Assembly: GCF_009914755.1 (NCBI RefSeq)
Contig: NC_060933.1
DNA from: the human T2T-CHM13v2.0 reference genome, Homo sapiens
Reading direction: 5' to 3' (one strand)
Length of the DNA stretch: 64,000 nt
Part shown: positions 52,101 to 64,000 of the stretch, one piece after another
Position numbering within the stretch: the first letter of the stretch is position 1
How the letters are laid out: the number at the start of each line of letters is the position of its first letter
The notes under the pieces: model-generated
Database searches by the model: none
What the model was told of the DNA's origin: nothing
What the model saw: only the letters and a program-made list of their open reading frames with translations
Program-made: the position numbers and the translations under genes

Positions 52101-53080
52101 AAGCATTCTCAGAAACTTCTCTGTGATGTTTGCATTCAACTCATAGAGTTGAATACTTCCCTTCATACAGCAGGTTTGAAACACTCTTTTTGTAATATTT
52201 GGAAGTGGACATTTGCAGCGCTTTGAGGCCTATGATGAAAAAGGTAATATCTTCCCATAGAAACTAGACAGAAGCATTCTCAGAAACTTGTTTGTGATGT
52301 GTGTATTCAACTAACAGAGATGAACCTTTCTTTTTACAGAGCAGTTTTGAAACACTCTTTTTGTGGAATCTGAAAGTGGATATTTGGATAGCTTTGCGGA
52401 TTTCGTTGGAAACGAGATTACATATAAAATCTAGGGAGAAGCATTCTCAGGAACTTCTTTGTGATGTTTGCATTCAAGTCACAGAACTGAACATTCCCTT
52501 TCATAGAGCAGGTTTGAAACACTCTTTCTGTAGTATCTGCAAGCGGACGTTTTAAGCGCTTTCAGGCCTGTGGTGAGAAAGGAAATATCTTCAAATAAAA
52601 ACTAGACAGAAGCATTCTCAGAAACTTATTTGCGATGTGTGTCCTCAACTAACAGAGTTGAACCTTTCTTTTGATACAACATTTTGGAAACACTCTTTTT
52701 GTAGAATCTGCAAGTGGATATTTGGATAGCTTTGAAGGTTTCGTTGGAAACGGGAATATCTTCATATGAAATCAAGACAGAAGCATTCTCAGAAACTTCT
52801 CTGTGATGTTTGCATTCAACTCATAGAGTTGAACACTTCCCTTCATACAGCAGGTTTGAAACACTCTTTTTCTAATATTTGGAAGTGGACATTTGAAGCG
52901 CTTTGAGGCCTATGTTGAAAAAGGAAATATCTTCTCCTAAAAACCAGACAGAAGCATTCTCAGAAACTTCCTGGTGATGTGTGTACTCAAGTAACAGAGT
53001 TGAACCTTCCTTTTGACGGAGCAGTTTTGAAGCACTCTTTTTGTAGAATCTGCAAGTGGATATTTTGATACCTTTGAGGA
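49168..53080 (+). repeat. 23-mer HOR (3913 bp)
   Basis: Marker spacing; an internal 1360-bp duplication. Confidence 0.85.
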
Positions 53081-55632
53081 TTTCGTTGGACACGGGATAT
53101 CTTCATATAAAATCTAGACAGAAGCATTCTCAGAAACTTCTTTGTGCTGTATGTCCTCAATTAACAGAGTTGAACCTTTGTGTAGATACAGCATTTTGGA
53201 AACATTCCTTTAGTAGAATCTGCAAGTTGATATTTAGATAGCTAGGAAGATTTCCTTGGAAACGGGAATATCTTCATATAAAATCTAGACGGAAGCATTC
53301 TCAGAAAGTGCTTTGTGATGTTTGCATTCAAGTCACAGAGTTGAATATTCCCTTTTATAGAGCAGGTTTGAAACACTCTTTCTGCACTACCTGGAAGTGG
53401 ACATTTGGAGCGCTTTGAGGCCTATGTTGAAAAAGGAAATATCTTCCCATAAAAACTAGACAGAAGCATTCTCAGAAACTTGTTTGTGATGTGTGTATTC
53501 AACTAACAGAGATGAACCTTTCTTTTTACAGAGCAGTTTTGAAACACTCTTTTTGTGGAATCTGAAAGTGGATATTTGGATAGCTTTGAGGATTTCGTTG
53601 GAAATGGGATTACATATAAAACCTAGAGAGAAGCATTCTCAGGAACTTCTTTTTGATGTTTGCATTCAAGTCACAGGACTGAACATTCCCTTTCATAGAG
53701 CAGGTTTGAAACACTCTTTCTGTAGTATCTGCAAGCTGACGTTTCAAGCGCTTTCAGGCCTATGGTGAGAAAGGAAATATCTTCAAGTAAAAACTAGACA
53801 GAAGCATTCTCAGAAACTTATTTGCCATGTGTGTTCTCAACTAACAGAGTTGAACCTTTGTTTTGATACGGCATTTTGGAAACACTCTTTTTGTAGAATC
53901 TGCAGGTGGATATTCGGATAGCTTTGAAGGTTTCGTTGGAAACGGGAATATCTTCATATAAAATCTAGACGGAAGCATTCTCAGAAACTGCTTTGTGATG
54001 TTTTCATTCAAGTCACAGAGTAGAATGTTCCCTGTTATATACCAGGTTTGAGACACTCTTTCTGAACTACCTGGAAGTGGACATTTGCAGCGCTTTGAGG
54101 CCTATGATGAAAAAGGAAATATCTTCCCATAAAAACTAGACAGAAGCATTCTCAGAAACTTGTTTGTGATGTGTGTATTCAACTAACAGAGATGAACCTT
54201 TCTTTTTACAGAGCAGTTTTGAAACACTCTTTTTGTGGAATCTGAAAGTGGATATTTGGATAGCTTTGAGGATTTCGTTGGAAACGGGATTACATATAAA
54301 ATCTAGAGAGAAGCATTCTCAGGAACTTCTTTGTGATGTTTGCATTCACGTCACAGAACTGAACATTCCCTTTCATAGAGCATGTTTGAAACACTCTTTC
54401 TGTAGTATCTGCAAACGGAGATTTCAAATGCTTTCAGGCCTATGGTGAGAAAGGAAATATCTTCAAATAAAAACTAGACAGAAGCATTCTCAGAAACTTA
54501 TTTGCGATGTGTGTCCTCAACTAACAGAGTTGAACCTTTCTTTTGATACAACATTTTGGAAACACTCTTTTTGTAGAATCTGCAAGTGGATATTTGAATA
54601 GCTTTGAAGGTTTCATTGGAAACGGGAATATCTTCATATAAAATCAAGACAGAAGCATTCCCAGAAACTTCTCTGTGATGTTTGCATTCAACTCATAGAG
54701 TTGAACACTTCCCTTCATACAGCAGGTTTGAAACACTCTTTTTGTAATATTTGGAAGTGGACATTTGCAGCGCTTTGAGGCCTATGATGAAAAAGGTAAT
54801 ATCTTCCCATAAAAACTAGACAGAAGCATTCTCAGAAACTTGTTTGTGATGTGTGTATTCAACTAACAGAGATGAACCTTTCTTTTTACAGAGCAGTTTT
54901 GAAACACTCTTTTTGTGGAATCTGAAAGTTGATATTTGGATAGCTTTGCGGATTTCGTTGGAAACGCGATTACATATAAAATCTAGGGAGAAGCATTCTC
55001 AGGAACTTCTTTGTGATGTTTGCATTCAAGTCACAGAACTGAACATTCCCTTTCATAGAGCAGGTTTGAAACACTCTTTCTGTAGTATCTGCAAGCGGAC
55101 GTTTTAAGCGCTTTCAGGCCTGTGGTGAGAAAGGAAATATCTTCAAATAAAAACTAGACAGAAGCATTCTCAGAAACTTATTTGCGATGTGTGTCCTCAA
55201 CTAACAGAGTTGAACCTTTCTTTTGATACAACATTTTGGAAACACTCTTTTTGTAGAATCTGCAAGTGGATATTTGGATAGCTTTGAAGGTTTCGTTGGA
55301 AACGGGAATATCTTCATATGAAATCAAGACAGAAGCATTCTCAGAAACTTCTCTGTGATGTTTGCATTCAACTCATAGAGTTGAACACTTCCCTTCATAC
55401 AGCAGGTTTGAAACACTCTTTTTCTAATATTTGGAAGTGGACATTTGCAGCGCTTTGAGGCCTATGTTGAAAAAGGAAATATCTTCTCCTAAAAACCAGA
55501 CAGAAGCATTCTCAGAAACTTCCTTGTGATGTGTGTACTCAAGTAACAGAGTTGAACCTTCCTTTTGACAGAGCAGTTTTGAAGCACTCTTTTTGTAGAA
55601 TCTGCAAGTGGATATTTTGATACCTTTGAGGA
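53081..55632 (+). repeat. 15-mer HOR (2552 bp)
   Basis: Marker spacing. Confidence 0.85.
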
Positions 55633-58185
55633 TTTCGTTGGACACGGGATATCTTCATATAAAATCTAGACAGAAGCATTCTCAGAAACTTCTTTGTGCT
55701 GTATGTCCTCAATTAACAGAGTTGAACCTTTGTGTGGATACAGCATTTTGGAAACATTCCTTTAGTAGAATCTGCAAGTTGATATTTAGATAGCTAGGAA
55801 GATTTCCTTGCAAACGGGAATATCTTCATATAAAATCTAGACGGAAGCATTCTCAGAAAGTGCTTTGTGATGTTTGCATTCAAGTCACAGAGTTGAATAT
55901 TCCCTTTTATAGAGCAGGTTTGAAACACTCTTTCTGCACTACCTGGAAGTGGACATTTGGAGCTCTTTGAGGCCTATGTTGAAAAAGGAAATATCTTCCC
56001 ATAAAAACTAGACAGAAGCATTCTCAGAAACTTGTTTGTGATGTGTGTATTCAACTAACAGAGATGAACCTTTCTTTTTACAGAGGAGTTTTGAAACACT
56101 CTTTTTGTGGAATCTGAAAGTGGATATTTGGATAGATTTGAGGATTTCGTTGGAAACGGGATTACATATAAAACCTAGAGAGAAGCATTCTCAGGAACTT
56201 CTTTTTGATGTTTGCCTTCAAGTCACAGGACTGAACATTCCCTTTCATAGAGCAGGTTTGAAACACTCTTTCTGTAGTATCTGCAAGCTGACGTTTCAAG
56301 CGCTTTCAGGCCTATGGTGAGAAAGGAAATATCTTCAAGTAAAAACTAGACAGAAGCATTCTCAGAAACTTATTTGCCATGTGTGTTCTCAACTAACAGA
56401 GTTGAACCTTTGTTTTGATACGGCATTTTGGAAACACTCTTTTTGTAGAATCTGCAGGTGGATATTCGGATAGCTTTTTAAGGTTTCGTTGGAAACGGGA
56501 ATATCTTCATATAAAATCTAGACGGAAGCATTCTCAGAAACTGCTTTGTGATGTTTGCATTCAAGTCACAGAGTAGAATGTTCCCTGTTATATACCAGGT
56601 TTGAGACACTCTTTCTGCACTACCTGGAAGTGGACATTTGCAGCGCTTTGAGGCCTATGATGAAAAAGGAAATATCTTCCCATAAAAACTAGACAGAAGC
56701 ATTCTCAGAAACTTGTTTGTGATGTGTGTATTCAACTAACAGAGATGAACCTTTCTTTTTACAGAGCAGTTTTGAAACACTCTTTTTGTGGAATCTGAAA
56801 GTGGATATTTGGATAGCTTTGAGGATTTCGTTGGAAACGGGATTACATATAAAATCTAGAGAGAAGCATTCTCAGGAACTTCTTTGTGATGTTTGCATTC
56901 ACGTCACAGAACTGAACATTCCCTTTCATAGAGCATGTTTGAAACACTCTTTCTGTAGTATCTGCAAACGGACATTTCAAACGCTTTCAGGCCTATGGTG
57001 AGAAAGGAAATATCTTCAAATAAAAACTAGACAGAAGCATTCTCAGAAACTTATTTGCGATGTGTGTCCTCAACTAACAGAGTTGAACCTTTCTTTTGAT
57101 ACAACATTTTGGAAACACTCTTTTTGTAGAATGTGCAAGTGGATATTTGAATAGCTTTGAAGGTTTCGTTGGAAACGGGAATATCTTCATATAAAATCAA
57201 GACAGAAGCATTCTCAGAAACTTCTCTGTGATGTTTGCATTCAACTCATAGAGTTGAACACTTCCCTTCATACAGCAGGTTTGAAACACTCTTTTTGTAA
57301 TATTTGGAAGTGGACATTTGCAGCGCTTTGAGGCCTATGATGAAAAAGGTAATATCTTCCCATAGAAACTAGACAGAAGCATTCTCAGAAACTTGTTTGT
57401 GATGTGTGTATTCAACTAACAGAGATGAACCTTTCTTTTTACAGAGCAGTTTTGAAACACTCTTTTTGTGGAATCTGAAAGTGGATATTTGGATAGCTTT
57501 GCGGATTTCGTTGGAAACGAGATTACATATAAAATCTAGGGAGAAGCATTCTCAGGAACTTCTTTGTGATGTTTGCATTCAAGTCACAGAACTGAACATT
57601 CCCTTTCATAGAGCAGGTTTGAAACACTCTTTCTGTAGTATCTGCAAGCGGACGTTTTAAGCGCTTTCAGGCCTGTGGTGAGAAAGGAAATATCTTCAAA
57701 TAAAAACTAGACAGAAGCATTCTCAGAAACTTATTTGCGATGTGTGTCCTCAACTAACAGAGTTGAACCTTTCTTTTGATACAACATTTTGGAAACACTC
57801 TTTTTGTAGAATCTGCAAGTGGATATTTGGATAGCTTTGAAGGTTTCGTTGGAAACGGGAATATCTTCATATGAAATCAAGACAGAAGCATTCTCAGAAA
57901 CTTCTCTGTGATGTTTGCATTCAACTCATAGAGTTGAACACTTCCCTTCATACAGCAGGTTTGAAACACTCTTTTTCTAATATTTGGAAGTGGACATTTG
58001 AAGCGCTTTGAGGCCTATGTTGAAAAAGGAAATATCTTCTCCTAAAAACCAGACAGAAGCATTCTCAGAAACTTCCTGGTGATGTGTGTACTCAAGTAAC
58101 AGAGTTGAACCTTCCTTTTGACGGAGCAGTTTCGAAGCACTCTTTTTGTAGAATCTGCAAGTGGATATTTTGATACCTTTGAGGA
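55633..58185 (+). repeat. 15-mer HOR (2553 bp)
   Basis: Marker spacing; a 1-bp insertion near 56475. Confidence 0.85.
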
Positions 58186-60396
58186 TTTCGTTGGACACGG
58201 GATATCTTCATATAAAATCTAGACAGAAGCATTCTCAGAAACTTCTTTGTGCTGTATGTCCTCAATTAACAGAGTTGAACCTTTGTGTAGATACAGCATT
58301 TTGGAAACATTCCTTTAGTAGAATCTGCAAGTTGATATTTAGATAGCTAGGAAGATTTCCTTGGAAACGGGAATATCTTCATATAAAATCTAGACGGAAG
58401 CATTCTCAGAAAGTGCTTTGTGATGTTTGCATTCAAGTCACAGAGTTGAATATTCCCTTTTATAGAGCAGGTTTGAAACACTCTTTCTGCACTACCTGGA
58501 AGTGGACATTTGGAGCGCTTTGAGGCCTATGTTGAAAAAGGAAATATCTTCCCATAAAAACTAGACAGAAGCATTCTCAGAAACTTGTTTGTGATGTGTG
58601 TATTCAACTAACAGAGATGAACCTTTCTTTTTACAGAGCAGTTTTGAAACACTCTTTTTGTGGAATCTGAAAGTGGATATTTGGATAGCTTTGAGGATTT
58701 CGTTGGAAACGGGATTACATATAAAACCTAGAGAGAAGCATTCTCAGGAACTTCTTTTTGATGTTTGCATTCAAGTCACAGGACTGAACATTCCCTTTCA
58801 TAGAGCAGGTTTGAAACACTCTTTCTGTAGTATCTGCAAGCTGACGTTTCAAGCGCTTTCAGGCCTATGGTGAGAAAGGAAATATCTTCAAGTAAAAACT
58901 AGACAGAAGCATTCTCAGAAACTTATTTGCCATGTGTGTTCTCAACTAACAGAGTTGAACCTTTGTTTTGATACGGCATTTTGGAAACACTCTTTTTGTA
59001 GAATCTGCAGGTGGATATTCGGATAGCTTTGAAGGTTTCGTTGGAAACGGGAATATCTTCATATAAAATCTAGACGGAAGCATTCTCAGAAACTGCTTTG
59101 TGATGTTTGCATTCAAGTCACAGAGTAGAATGTTCCCTGTTATATACCAGGTTTGAGACACTCTTTCTGCACTACCTGGAAGTGGACGTTTGGAGCGCTT
59201 TGAGGCCTATGTTGAAAAAGGAAATATCTTCCCATAAAAACTAGACAGAAGCATTCTCAGAAACTTGTTTGTGATGTGTGTATTCAACTAACAGAGATGA
59301 ACCTTTCTTTTTACAGAGCAGTTTTGAAACACTCTTTTTGTGGAATCTGAAAGTGGATATTTGGATAGCTTTGAGGATTTCGTTGGAAACGGGATTACAT
59401 ATAAAATCTAGAGAGAAGCATTCTCAGGAACTTCTTTGTGATGTTTGCATTCAAGTCACAGAACTGAACATTCCCTTTCATAGAGCAGGTTTGAAACACT
59501 CTTTCTGTAGTATCTGCAAGCTGACGTTTCAAGCGCTTTCAGGCCTATGGTGAGAAAGGAAATATCTTCAAGTAAAAACTAGACAGAAGCATTCTCAGAA
59601 ACTTATTTGCGATGTGTGTTCTCAACTAACAGAGTTGAACCTTTGTTTTGATATGGCATTTTGGAAACACTCTTTTTGTAGAATCTGCAGGTGGATATTC
59701 GGATAGCTTTGAAGGTTTCGTTGGAAACGGGAATATCTTCATATAAAATCTAGACGGAAGCATTCTCAGAAACTGCTTTGTGATGTTTTCATTCAAGTCA
59801 CAGAGTAGAATGTTCCCTGTTATATACCAGGTTTGAGACACTCTTTCTGCACTACCTGGAAGTGGACATTTGCAGCGCTTTGAGGCCTATGATGAAAAAG
59901 GAAATATCTTCCCATAAAAACTAGACAGAAGCATTCTCAGAAACTTGTTTGTGATGTGTGTATTCAACTAACAGAGATGAACCTTTCTTTTTACAGAGCA
60001 GTTTTGAAACACTCTTTTTGTGGAATCTGAAAGTGGATATTTGGATAGCATTGAGGATTTCGTTGGAAACGGGATTACATATAAAATCTAGAGAGAAGCA
60101 TTCTCAGGAACTTCTTTGTGATGTTTGCATTCACGTCACAGAACTGAACATTCCCTTTCATAGAGCATGTTTGAAACACTCTTTCTGTAGTATCTGCAAA
60201 CGGAGATTTCAAATGCTTTCAGGCCTATGGTGAGAAAGGAAATATCTTCAAATAAAAACTAGACAGAAGCATTCTCAGAAACTTATTTGCGATGTGTGTC
60301 CTCAACTAACAGAGTTGAACCTTTCTTTTGATACAACATTTTGGAAACACTCTTTTTGTAGAATCTGCAAGTGGATATTTGAATAGCTTTGAAGGT
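58186..60396 (+). repeat. 13-mer truncated HOR (2211 bp)
   Basis: The GCTGTATGTCCTCAATTAAC monomer recurs at 58251 and 60462. Confidence 0.8.
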
Positions 60397-63300
60397 TTCA
60401 TTGGAAACGGGAATATCTTCATATAAAATCAAGACAGAAGCATTCCCAGAAACTTCTTTGTGCTGTATGTCCTCAATTAACAGAGTTGAACCTTTGTGTG
60501 GATACAGCATTTTGGAAACATTCCTTTAGTAGAATCTGCAAGTTGATATTTAGATAGCTAGGAAGATTTCCTTGCAAACGGGAATATCTTCATATAAAAT
60601 CTAGACGGAAGCATTCTCAGAAAGTGCTTTGTGATGTTTGCATTCAAGTCACAGAGTTGAATATTCCCTTTTATAGAGCAGGTTTGAAACACTCTTTCTG
60701 CACTACCTGGAAGTGGACATTTGGAGCTCTTTGAGGCCTATGTTGAAAAAGGTAATATCTTCCCATAAAAACTAGACAGAAGCATTCTCAGAAACTTGTT
60801 TGTGATGTGTGTATTCAACTAACAGAGATGAACCTTTCTTTTTACAGAGGAGTTTTGAAACACTCTTTTTGTGGAATCTGAAAGTGGATATTTGGATAGA
60901 TTTGAGGATTTCGTTGGAAACGGGATTACATATAAAACCTAGAGAGAAGCATTCTCAGGAACTTCTTTTTGATGTTTGCCTTCAAGTCACAGGACTGAAC
61001 ATTCCCTTTCATAGAGCAGGTTTGAAACACTCTTTCTGTAGTATCTGCAAGCTGACGTTTCAAGCGCTTTCAGGCCTATGGTGAGAAAGGAAATATCTTC
61101 AAGTAAAAACTAGACAGAAGCATTCTCAGAAACTTATTTGCCATGTGTGTTCTCAACTAACAGAGTTGAACCTTTGTTTTGATACGGCATTTTGGAAACA
61201 CTCTTTTTGTAGAATCTGCAGGTGGATATTCGGATAGCTTTTTAAGGTTTCGTTGGAAACGGGAATATCTTCATATAAAATCTAGACGGAAGCATTCTCA
61301 GAAACTGCTTTGTGATGTTTGCATTCAAGTCACAGAGTAGAATGTTCCCTGTTATATACCAGGTTTGAGACACTCTTTCTGCACTACCTGGAAGTGGACG
61401 TTTGGAGCGCTTTGAGGCCTATGTTGAAAAAGGAAATATCTTCCCATAAAAACTAGACAGAAGCATTCTCAGAAACTTGTTTGTGATGTGTGTATTCAAC
61501 TAACAGAGATGAACCTTTCTTTTTACAGAGCAGTTTTGAAACACTCTTTTTGTGGAATCTGAAAGTGGATATTTGGATAGCTTTGAGGATTTCGTTGGAA
61601 ACGGGATTACATATAAAACCTAGAGAGAAGCATTCTCAGGAACTTCTTTGTGATGTTTGCATTCAAGTCACAGAACTGAACATTCCCTTTCATAGAGCAG
61701 GTTTGAAACACTCTTTCTGTAGTATCTGCAAGCTGACGTTTCAAGCGCTTTCAGGCCTATGGTGAGAAAGGAAATATCTTCAAGTAAAAACTAGACAGAA
61801 GCATTCTCAGAAACTTATTTGCGATGTGTGTTCTCAACTAACAGAGTTGAACCTTTGTTCTGATATGGCATTTTGGAAACACTCTTTTTGTAGAATCTGC
61901 AGGTGGATATTCGGATAGCTTTGAAGGTTTCGTTGGAAACGGGAATATCTTCATATAAAATCTAGACGGAAGCATTCTCAGAAACTGCTTTGTGATGTTT
62001 TCATTCGAGTCACAGAGTAGAATGTTCCCTGTTATATACCAGGTTTGAGACACTCTTTCTGCACTACCTGGAAGTGGACATTTGCAGCGCTTTGAGGCCT
62101 ATGATGAAAAAGGAAATATCTTCCCATAAAAACTAGACAGAAGCATTCTCAGAAACTTGTTTGTGATGTGTGTATTCAACTAACAGAGATGAACCTTTCT
62201 TTTTACAGAGCAGTTTTGAAACACTCTTTTTGTGGAATCTGAAAGTGGATATTTGGATAGCTTTGAGGATTTCGTTGGAAACGGGATTACATATAAAATC
62301 TAGAGAGAAGCATTCTCAGGAACTTCTTTGTGATGTTTGCATTCACGTCACAGAACTGAACATTCCCTTTCATAGAGCATGTTTGAAACACTCTTTCTGT
62401 AGTATCTGCAAACGGACATTTCAAACGCTTTCAGGCCTATGGTGAGAAAGGAAATATCTTCAAATAAAAACTAGACAGAAGCATTCTCAGAAACTTATTT
62501 GCGATGTGTGTCCTCAACTAACAGAGTTGAACCTTTCTTTTGATACAACATTTTGGAAACACTCTTTTTGTAGAATCTGCAAATGGATATTTGAATAGCT
62601 TTGAAGGTTTCGTTGGAAACGGGAATATCTTCATATAAAATCAAGACAGAAGCATTCTCAGAAACTTCTCTGTGATGTTTGCATTCAACTCATAGAGTTG
62701 AACACTTCCCTTCATACAGCAGGTTTGAAACACTCTTTTTGTAATATTTGGAAGTGGACATTTGCAGCGCTTTGAGGCCTATGATGAAAAAGGTAATATC
62801 TTCCCATAAAAACTAGACAGAAGCGTTCTCAGAAACTTGTTTGTGATGTGTGTATTCAACTAACAGAGATGAACCTTTCTTTTTACAGAGCAGTTTTGAA
62901 ACACTCTTTTTGTGGAATCTGAAAGTGGATATTTGGATAGCTTTGCGGATTTCGTTGGAAACGGGATTACATATAAAATCTAGGGAGAAGCATTCTCAGG
63001 AACTTCTTTGTGATGTTTGCATTCAAGTCACAGAACTGAACATTCCCTTTCATAGAGCAGGTTTGAAACACTCTTTCTGTAGTATCTGCAAGCGGACGTT
63101 TTAAGCGCTTTCAGGCCTGTGGTGAGAAAGGAAATATCTTCAAATAAAAACTAGACAGAAGCATTCTCAGAAACTTATTTGCGATGTGTGTCCTCAACTA
63201 ACAGAGTTGAACCTTTCTTTTGATACAACATTTTGGAAACACTCTTTTTGTAGAATCTGCAAGTGGATATTTGGATAGCTTTGAAGGTTTCGTTGGAAAC

Positions 63301-63629
63301 GGGAATATCTTCATATGAAATCAAGACAGAAGCATTCTCAGAAACTTCTCTGTGATGTTTGCATTCAACTCATAGAGTTGAACACTTCCCTTCATACAGC
63401 AGGTTTGAAACACTCTTTTTCTAATATTTGGAAGTGGACATTTGCAGCGCTTTGAGGCCTATGTTGAAAAAGGAAATATCTTCTCCTAAAAACCAGACAG
63501 AAGCATTCTCAGAAACTTCCTTGTGATGTGTGTACTCAAGTAACAGAGTTGAACCTTCCTTTTGACAGAGCAGTTTTGAAGCACTCTTTTAGTAGAATCT
63601 GCAAGTGGATATTTTGATACCTTTGAGGA
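60397..63629 (+). repeat. 19-mer HOR (3233 bp), A-A'-B-C
   Basis: The GCTGTATG monomer recurs at 60462 and 63695. Confidence 0.8.
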
Positions 63630-64000
63630 TTTCGTTGGACACGGGATATCTTCATATAAAATCTAGACAGAAGCATTCTCAGAAACTTCTTTGTGCTGTA
63701 TGTCCTCAATTAACAGAGTTGAACCTTTGTGTGGATACAGCATTTTGGAAACATTCCTTTAGTAGAATCTGCAAGTTGATATTTAGATAGCTAGGAAGAT
63801 TTCCTTGGAAACGGGAATATCTTCATATAAAATCTAGACGGAAGCATTCTCAGAAAGTGCTTTGTGATGTTTGCATTCAAGTCACAGAGTTGAATATTCC
63901 CTTTTATAGAGCAGGTTTGAAACACTCTTTCTGCACTACCTGGAAGTGGACATTTGGAGCGCTTTGAGGCCTATGTTGAAAAAGGAAATATCTTCCCATA

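Larger units (their letters stand above)
1..64000 (+). repeat. Centromeric alpha-satellite higher-order repeat array (SF2, D1/D2 dimeric; best fit human chr4 D4Z1-like)
   Basis: ~171-bp monomers carry the alphoid motifs CAGAAGCATTCTCAGAAAC, GAGTTGAAC, TTTGAAACACTCTTT and GTGGATATTTGGA throughout. CENP-B boxes occur in alternate monomers, and the ORF track shows a 680-bp sub-period. The family and chromosome call is from recalled HOR sizes (19-mer of 3232 bp), not from an alignment, and is less certain than the alpha-satellite call. Confidence 0.97.

Noticed and set aside
413-63790. Many repeated 61-113 aa ORFs (MYSTNRDEPFF..., MSNEILKGIK..., MDILIPLR..., MSQTWYITGN...)
   Set aside because: They are translations of satellite monomers, recurring with the repeat period on both strands. 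Many start at GTG or other non-ATG codons, and they are freely broken by stops and frameshifts. I used them only as positional markers.
1-64000. CRISPR-like pattern of conserved CAGAAGCATTCTCAGAAAC repeats with intervening sequence
   Set aside because: The intervening ~150 bp are homologous to each other rather than unique spacers, and there are no cas genes.
1-64000. L1/Alu insertion, inversion or non-satellite island
   Set aside because: No poly-A tails, target-site duplications or non-alphoid sequence were seen. The CENP-B boxes and ORF families keep the same strand throughout.

Overview
The whole 64 kb window is one uninterrupted, single-orientation array of primate alpha-satellite DNA, built from ~171-bp monomers. 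CENP-B-box monomers alternate with pJalpha/A-box monomers, which fits the dimeric D1/D2 suprachromosomal family 2. I found no genes, RNA genes, retrotransposons or inversions, and all listed ORFs are repeat artefacts. The higher-order repeat (HOR) is a 3-monomer cassette plus a variable number of ~680-bp tetramers, called A, A', B and C here. Successive HOR copies, measured between copies of the marker TTTCGTTGGACACGGGA, are 9, 15, 9, 15, 11, 7, 16, 15, 31, 15, 31, 15, 31, 19, 31, 19, 23, 15, 15, 13 and 19 monomers long. The 3232-bp 19-mer best fits human chromosome 4 D4Z1; the related chromosome 9 D9Z4 array or a great-ape orthologue cannot be excluded by eye. The interest lies in array evolution: a divergent ~5-monomer tract near 9.5-10.4 kb, a 7825-bp tandem duplication, a 5105-bp duplication modified afterwards, traceable in-register recombination junctions, a fixed dead CENP-B box at the HOR parity break, and a cluster of CENP-B box mutations at 47-60 kb. 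I see no support for a novel coding system.
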